Assembly: GCA_040954595.2 (NCBI GenBank)
Contig: CM082582.2
Span: forward strand, 5,750,303-5,814,302
Reading direction: 5' to 3'
Length of the DNA: 64,000 nucleotides
Source of the DNA: Balanoglossus misakiensis
Lineage: Eukaryota; Animalia; Hemichordata
Positions 56,286-64,000 of the stretch are shown here, one piece after another; position 1 is the first letter of the stretch; each line of letters opens with the position of its first letter. The notes under the pieces are model-generated. The model made no database searches and had not been told where the DNA came from. It was given only the letters and a program-made list of their open reading frames with translations. The position numbers were made by a program, and so were the translations under genes.

Positions 56286-57071
56286 TGTTCCCCGCAACAT
56301 GTGGACACAGTCCCTGGGACAGTGATGTGGACAAGGCTTCGTCAAGGAAGCCCTACACACGTTCTTCAAGACACAGGAAGTGGATCAGGTGCCACAACAT
56401 GCCAAGAAAAGGTGTGAAAACCTCACGGGAAGCGTTGATCAACACACGAAGATCGTGCTTTGATATTGCCCAGGCACCATCAACACTTCTATTTGCACCT
56501 CGTCCTTGTCACTATCAACACCTCACCCATCTTTTTGCATCTCGTCTGTGACCGACAGAGAATACCTGCAAACTACACGTGGCGTTTGCCGGCTTATGCA
56601 ACCACAAACCTTATGACCTTGTTATCAAACTACTAGTATTTCGACTTCTGATCACTACGTACAACTACTCTGCAGGTTTTTATAACTTTTATAACGGCAA
56701 ATTTCGATGAAACTCATTGTAAGAAGTGTTGTGGAAGCTATTGTATATGTTCACCGCAAAACGTGGACAAGAAACGTCGCCCTTTGAAGCTTCGTCAAGG
56801 AAGCCCTACGCGTGTACACGCACGTTCATCGAAGACACAGGAAGCGGGCCAGGTGCGGCTAGGTGCCACAACACGCCAAGAAAAGGTGTCCAAACCACCC
56901 GCGAAGCTTTGAGCACGGTCCCTCCGCACAAGAGGACCGGGTTTTGATATTTCCCCGGCCGAGAACTGCGCCCCGCGGCCCGGCACTCTCGGTACTCCAC
57001 CCTCCTACTTCTCCGTTGTCCGTGACCGACCGAGAACACCTTCAAACTACCTGTGGAGTTTGCCGGCTTAT
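56286..57071. repeat. Diverged two-copy duplication (about 56286-56598 and 56748-57071)
   Basis: Shared blocks gcttcgtcaaggaagccctac, gacacaggaag, aggtgccacaac..gccaagaaaaggtgt, gtgaccgac.gagaa and tttgccggcttatg. Confidence 0.85.
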
Positions 57072-57431
57072 GATCGATATATCCACAGACAAAAAAATAA
57101 ATTTGTATCGTGCATTCTGCCAATTATCATTCATTTTATTCATTCTGAGACCGGTCATGGCCAGATCAGACCAGGCATTTTTTCTCTTTGTCTGTGGTCT
57201 ATGCTAAAACCATCAGCAGAAACATTTATGCAGATGCAACTTTTTAGTAGTTCTCGGGGATGTACCAAACTGTGACTTTCTAAGACAAATATGCTTTAGA
57301 AGGGGGTGTCAAGAAATCCTTGTTTATTGGCAGTTGTTAATCGTCCGTCAAGTTACGTGACGACGGATTATCTCCACGAAGTTCTGTTTGCAAAAGAGCA
57401 CAAATATGTAAATGTGACTTTTACCTTTGGG

Positions 57432-57527
57432 TATAAATAATGGTTTCGTTTGGTAAATCTCGTGCACTCTATTGTGACCGTCTGTACGCAGCAACACGTT
57501 CACGCTGTTCAGCATCGACGGGTAAGT
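57432..57527 (+). promoter_or_regulatory. TATA box and probable non-coding first exon of paralogue B
   Basis: TATAAAT at 57432-57438, a GGTAAGT donor at about 57521 and an acceptor ttctccacag at 57690 upstream of the ATG at 57734. This mirrors the layout of paralogue A. Confidence 0.55.
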
Positions 57528-57733
57528 ACTAAACCGACCTATGCAGTATCCCGCCACATGGTGCTTGTAGTTTCTAGTTCTCCATGCTAGAATTAAACTG
57601 CACCAACATTTTCTCGTGCTCGACTGTCTTGTTATCGACACCAACTGGAAATCGAATAAGCAATAAATTTCATATTTTTTTTCTCCACAGATTATTTGCT
57701 GTCTTCTGACCTCTGCCATCGAAGAAGTGAAAT

Positions 57734-60700
57734 ATGGAGAAAACAGGTAAGATGGGTTTCTTTCAGATGTAGTTTTCGCCTCAAAAAGTATGCGTGTAAC
57801 CGTCGAAGTCGACTTTGGTTTAAGCTAGCTGCGGTACTAAAGCTCCGATATAATTTTCCTCAACTTTTCTGAATTTTTGTTTACAGATTACGAATACATC
57901 GTCATCGGGGCAGGCCCCGCCGGTGTCCAGATGGCCTACTGCATGGAGAAGGCGGGAAAAGATTACATCGTGCTGGAGAAGAACGACAGCGTTGGTTCCT
58001 TCTATCAGACGTACCCGCGTCATCGCACTCTGATCTCCATCAACAAGAAACACAACTACTTCAAGGAGAGAGAATTCAATCTGCGCCATGATTGGAATTC
58101 TCTGGTCTGTGACGAAGACGACATCTCTTTCTTTGATTATTCAGACGATCTGTTCCCGGATGCAGGCCTTTTAGTCGAGTAAGTTTTTTTTCCTTTGTCA
58201 AGAAATCTAAAATGATAATTGTATCGGTAAAAAAATCCATGGCCCACAAATTGCACAATGCAAAATTCCCATTTTCTCAAAGATTTATACACTCGTGTTT
58301 TGCATCAGATGATGACGAATACCGCGGTGTAATATAATTCATGGGGTGGTCCTGTCATTTTTTCCAGTTATTTACGCGACTTTGCCAAGAAGTTCAATCT
58401 GAAGGTGCGTCTCAACACAAACATAGTCAAGGTCAACAGAGAAGCCGTCCAGGACAGAAGACACCCGTCACGTTTCACCATCACCGACCAGAACGGGAAA
58501 ATATTCACCTGTAAAGTTCTGATTGTTGGCACCGGTCCAGCTCTGCCCAATGTCCCGGATATTGAAGGCATCGAGGTGGCGGACACCTATCAAGAACATA
58601 GTCTGGATTTGAAGGAGTATGAAAACAAGAAGGTTTTGATTCTTGGAGGCGGAAACAGCGCCTTTGAGGTAAGTTTTCTATAAAAAAAACCGGCCTTTAA
58701 TAAATCAGTTACTTTGCCTCGGAATCTGTACCGAAGCACACGATTTCCTACCAGAATTATTTTATAGGGAATGCAGTGCATTGTGGGTAAAATTAGTTCC
58801 GGTTGGGGGGGGGGGGAGTAGCGTCTACAATCTATCCAATTTTCCAGCGGTTTTGTCAGATTTTCTTCAAGTTACGTTAGTAGTAGTAGTTACATGAAGA
58901 AAATCTGACTAAACCGCTGGAAAATGGATAGATTGTAGACGCTACTCCCCCCAACCGGAACTAATTTTACCCACAATGCACTGCAAATTTTCAAGATGGC
59001 GGTAACACAGTTTATCCGTCATGTTACATGTTTTAACACGTGATATGTTTTTCAACTTGCAGTGTGCAGATTACTTAGCGGGCAGTGCTGCAATAATTCA
59101 CATGTGCACGCGCACACCCGTCAAGTTGGCGTGGGACACTCACTTCGTGGGTCATCTGAGAGCCGTCAACAACAACGTCCTCGACATGTACCATCTGAAA
59201 TCGCTCCACGCTCTCCGCCAGTGCGACACCAAGAAGTTCGTCAGAGAGGCTGACGGTACAATCACGCAGACCTTCGAGATGGAATTGCCCCACTGGGACC
59301 CACCAGGCACCGCAACTTTCACCAGCAAGGGCTACGACAAAGTTATTCTTGCGACAGGATGGAAGTTCATCAATATTGACATGTTTGACGAAACTTGTAA
59401 ACCAGGTAAGTTAGTCTCACATCGCCGATTGCTCGCGCTGTGACCATTGTACGGTGATAGTTTACTTGTTGTGGAGAACAGATACATTAAAATCAGACAT
59501 TCATAAAAAATATGTATCGTTTCCAGAGAGGATAATGTGCAATCCTTGGCGGAGAAAGACGCTTTATTTTCCAGCAATTAATTTTCACTCATTAAATTAC
59601 CGGTAACCACGCCATTTCCCCATCATTCCAGTCTCGTCTCATAAATCATATGATAAAACCTTTCATCGAAACAAACGTTGATTGTAGTTCTTGATCTCCA
59701 TCTCTGCTAGAAACCCACACCGATGGCCGATATGTCGTCCTCGACGATCACTGGCAGTCGACCGTTCCCGATCTCTACTTCATCGGCACAGTTATGCAGT
59801 CACGTGATCGAAGAGCCGCCTCCGGTTTCATCCATGGCTTCCGATACAACGTCAAGACTTTGAGCGGCATGCTTGGCGCCCGCTACGACGATGACGAGCT
59901 GCCGAAGAAGATTTTCAAATCACTCGACGCTACAGAACTTTCTAAGTTCATGATTGGTACGTTCTTACCTCCGACCCTGGGAGACAAAATTTACTGAACC
60001 TTTCATTTTCTTCATTTGCCACAAAGCCCATTGCATCTGAAGCGGTTTGTTTAGAATCTACGAAAGCGATCGTGGTCAAGTGGACGACTTTTATCACAAA
60101 ACATCTCGTGCCAGTTAAATATTGATTCATTTTTCGCAGTTTCATTCGCCATGAATCATGTTTCGTTCACTCGTTTTGACGATGTACTCATCATTGCGTC
60201 ATTTTATTTTCAGAACGTGTGAGCACAACATCCGCTTTGTACCAGATGGGACAGGGCTACCTGTGTGACGTCATGGTTCTCAAACCTGAAGCAGGCGACA
60301 CAGCAAGTAAGTAACAAAGACAAGATTCCTCAAAGCGAACGGATCATCTATCGTTTATGTCGTTTCCGCCAATCAGCGCAGCTGTTTTATTGGACCACAG
60401 TGATCTTATCCAAGTAACATTGATCTGATTGGAAGACACTGCTTCTTTTCACTTTACATATTGGGCGTCCGTCCCAGACAGAAAACTATTGAAACTAAAT
60501 TTGTATCTAAATGCTCTTAATATTTTCAGAGGGTGAAGAGAAGATGGTCGGAACAGCGGAATATTATTATGAGCTACCCCAGGAATGGGTTTTGAAGAAT
60601 GATTATTTCATGAGTCAAGAGAACGTCTTCATTGTTACTATTGAAGATAATCACCATAGGTAAGTTTATAGATCCTGAATATTGCAGTTGACTGATAAAA

Positions 60701-61440
60701 CGAAAGTTCTGATAACAAAGAATATCGACACAGTGTTAGGAGAGGCCTCGATCATTTCGGGATGCAGAAGTTTACAAACGGTCACTTATCTTTCGCTTCG
60801 CTTCCCTTCAAAATACAAGACAATGTACACCGTTCTGGGGAGCAATTCTGTTGTCACGTGTCTACAGACAAATGACCACCATAATTTTTGTTCCTCTTCT
60901 CAGCTTTCCTAAAATGAGCGTGACAGAATTCTTCAAACCAGGCGACATGAACCCACGTGACTGCAAATGTACAGCCTTCCCCCAGGGGGTCTACTCCTCG
61001 TACAAACGCGGCGTCCTCCAAGAACGACTTCACCTGGGCGGTTCGTTGGTGGTCAGAGCAGACAAGGGGATATTTGTTGGCGACAACAATCCGGACAGGT
61101 TCACTAATAAACTCAAGAATCTACTACATAGACAGGTATGTTCATAATTATTATCTCCCTTGCGCTTCACAATGAACTGTGCGATCTTCACGCATTTTGA
61201 CCATAATCAAACAGACGGAACAGTTTAGTACATGTGCACATGTTAATTTTGGCGTTCTTCTGTTCTTTCCACCACCAGATCGGCCTTGGACGTGGCGACC
61301 ACTTCGAGAGACTCTTCCCACAGGAAGAATGGGAGAAGAATTACAGACCTTGGACTCCAGAAGAGATCGAAGAGAAACGCAAAGTGGAGCTGGCCGGCAA
61401 GATGGTGAAATCGGAATGTAGACTCGGTTTAGTGGAATGA
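57734..61440 (+). CDS. FOXRED2/ERFAD-like FAD/NAD(P)H-dependent oxidoreductase, paralogue B (603 aa, no signal peptide)
   Basis: [59 protein letters not shown] and SGFIHGFRY. Coding exons 57734-57746, 57887-58178, 58368-58668, 59063-59405, 59711-59956, 60214-60306, 60530-60659, 60904-61135, 61279-61440 total 1812 nt. AATAAA at 61728-61733. Confidence 0.9.
58772..58985. repeat. Near-perfect 214-bp foldback element in intron 3 of paralogue B
   Basis: Arms of about 95 bp, tgcagtgcattgtgggtaaaattagttccggttggggg...ttttcttca / tgaagaaaa...cccccaaccggaactaattttacccacaatgcactgca, around a short (TAG)n loop. Confidence 0.9.
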
Positions 61441-64000
61441 TCAAACTATTGCAGTTTTGTTGGTGTGATGAATAACATACGCATGAAGGAAACTTTCTGC
61501 GAACTTTTTAATTTGTGAAGTTTTATAGTATATGTATAAGCAGTACTAATTTATTTACTGGAGTCAAAATGAAGTTTTACAATTTTGTGGAGCCGATCTT
61601 GATTTGCCTTGCCAGTCGGGCCATCCGGTAGAACGATAACAATCTGAACGATCATCGACATACATGTATGAAGGGTTTGAAATTGTTTTTCTTTCTATTG
61701 TTTCTTTGAAAGACACCCCTTTTCAGTAATAAAAGTTCTAAAGTGAGATTTCTTGGTTTGTTTTGTTGTTTATGTGCATGTTATTTGGTATCATCCATTT
61801 GGGAGTTTCACTGAAGACAGAACGTGTACGCCACACAACCACCTGTTGACATAATTCTCAAGTATAAACACGCGCTGCAAAAGTTTTACTGGGTGCCAAA
61901 ATATTGCTTGCCCGTCACATGGAAATGACAATGCCGTGGGTCACGTGGCCAGATCACCTGATTGATAGTAAAGAATCCAGGTGTCTCTGTTGCTGTTCGC
62001 CAACCACGGTCCCTCCACACAGATGCTCATGTGACGTCACAGCGTGGAAGTTCGATCGAAACGCCGTCTGGTCGAAGTGATTTAACACCTTGATTAACAC
62101 AAAAGGCCCCCACTTTGTTTCATGACCGTGTGTGGAGTGGCCGTGCTTCAACTTTCCATGTACACATGCAGCTAGCGTGACCCGATCAGCCTTTCGTTCG
62201 CCCCTCAAGACAGTCATGCTGTAGGCCTATATGATACCTTGATTACGTGTTGGAGATGGCAAATACGTCAATACAACACATAATTTGACAGCGGACGCAA
62301 AACAGATCAGTCGACATGGCAACGCCAACAAACGAGCTAATTACGGCTGCAGGAAAGGTATACGCCTATTCGTTTTTTTTCGTCGGTTTTCGTCGAACAT
62401 GACACGTGTTAACAATAAACTCATATCCTTTCAGTCATTCGATGAATGTCGGCACAAGTCAATGCATGTATATTATAAACACTGGTACATAAAGGGATGC
62501 CTCCAAAGACTAATTATTTAACTAGTTTCAATTCAATCGAAAGGTGTCCTAAATACCTTTATTGAACTGAAATTACACGCAGTCGTGTTCATGTCTGCCT
62601 GTATTTCACTCTTTAATTCATTATAGGGTCCATTTGTATTGAAATATGCCTTTTGAATGCTTAACCAATTTCCGTTGACTCAAGCGTCTATTGCAGTGGA
62701 AATGCATTATCATCCGGTCAATTCAATTCTTACATGGATATGACGGTTGTAATATCCCAGCTGACTAATTTGATCTTCGGCGATCCATGACACGACACGG
62801 AAACCTCTTCTTATATACCCGACCGGAGATACAAGAGGCTTCGTGGCAAAATTGGTCAGGCCTGCGGATGACTCCACCGGCACCACGAACCACACTACGC
62901 TCGGCGCTGCTCTTTGAGAACAAATACTCAATCGACTGTGCTGCAGCTGGTAGCTATGATTTACATATTCATTGTGCACTTCTTTCAACACAACAACACG
63001 AATATGTAGGACACTTTCATAAAAAATACATCCAGTTTAATACTAGTATTTTCAGGAGGAAATGTTCCCGAAACCTGGCTGTCACGTGTTAACTCTGAAC
63101 GCCGGGTGTATCTAGCTCTGCATCGAAATTAGTGCGGACTGTACGACTTTCGCGCGAAACGACAACCTTACTTTATTGAACAAATCGAAGATATTCCAGC
63201 CACAGCTTTGATTGGTGGCAACACTTTGGGAAACCGACGATTTCGCATCACTCGTCCAAATGGTGCCCACCCATAGAGCAAAGAAAGATACCTTACGTGT
63301 CATTTATTTCAAGAAGCCTTTCTCGTAGAAATCGAAACGCTGTGCATTGACGTAAAGAGGCATCGTCGTAAACATCGACCTCTTTACGGCAACAATTTCT
63401 GCCTTGCCAAGAAGAGGCCGTGAGAGATTCCTCTGACTTTATATACTACGTGTCGTGTCCAGCGTCTCCCCTGGTTCCCTTTCTGACGACTGTTCCTGGA
63501 CAGAGCATACCGGTGAGTACATGGACTTGTATGTACAACTTCTGCGCGGCGCGAGAACTGACTGTTGTTGATGCGGATGGCTTCCTCGTTCTTCAATCCA
63601 ACGACCCCTGTTCCGCTCTTGACTCACGGTCTTCACTCCACACAGGTGCTTGACGAATACCGCCCTTTGTAGGCAAATTGCGCTGTGCGAAGATTGAGTT
63701 TCGCTCATATGTGCGACGCAAGTGTACACGAATTTTATCACTGGAATCGAGCAGATATAAAACTTATAGCAAGCCTGCCTATCTAAAATGGCGACGCACG
63801 TTTTGTATTCCCAAAGCCACGTTTCGTATTCCTCAGTACACGTATCTTAACTTTCGCATTCCCTGGCGGCGTCAGAAGCTATGATCTCCACGGTATAAGT
63901 CTGATACCAGTCGTTAATTCGAAACTGGATATCGATAAGTATATAAATTAAATGAAACTTCTAAAATTCCTTTTGGGATAGGGGCGAAATCCCACAAGCT

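Overview
Intron-rich, AT-rich animal genomic DNA (most likely a marine invertebrate deuterostome such as a hemichordate; this is inferred from gene structure and repeat types, not shown). I reconstructed eight spliced genes by hand from GT..AG boundaries and reading-frame continuity. They form four consecutive head-to-head pairs: ANLN (5' part, -) / GINS2 (+); GMPR2 (-) / NEDD8 (+); APRT (-) / CD109-like thioester protein (+, 31 coding exons, about 1497 aa); and two divergent FOXRED2-like flavoprotein paralogues (- / +). Introns and intergenic DNA hold many non-autonomous elements: TA-, TTAA- and TAA-flanked MITEs, a DINE-1/HINE-like Helentron derivative carrying a 239-bp tandem array, a tRNA-derived SINE, foldback palindromes, and a Penelope-type fragment carrying a minimal hammerhead ribozyme in sense within a CD109 intron. 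Most notable points: (i) the FOXRED2-like pair lacks signal peptide and ER-retention signal, differs by one intron and shares a 68-nt identical tract that suggests gene conversion; (ii) the intronic hammerhead ribozyme; (iii) Asp instead of His at the thioester catalytic position of the CD109-like protein; (iv) a GMPR2-NEDD8 head-to-head arrangement matching human. Most ORFs in the six-frame track are exon fragments or noise. No database search or RNA data was available, so all identities rest on recognised sequence motifs.
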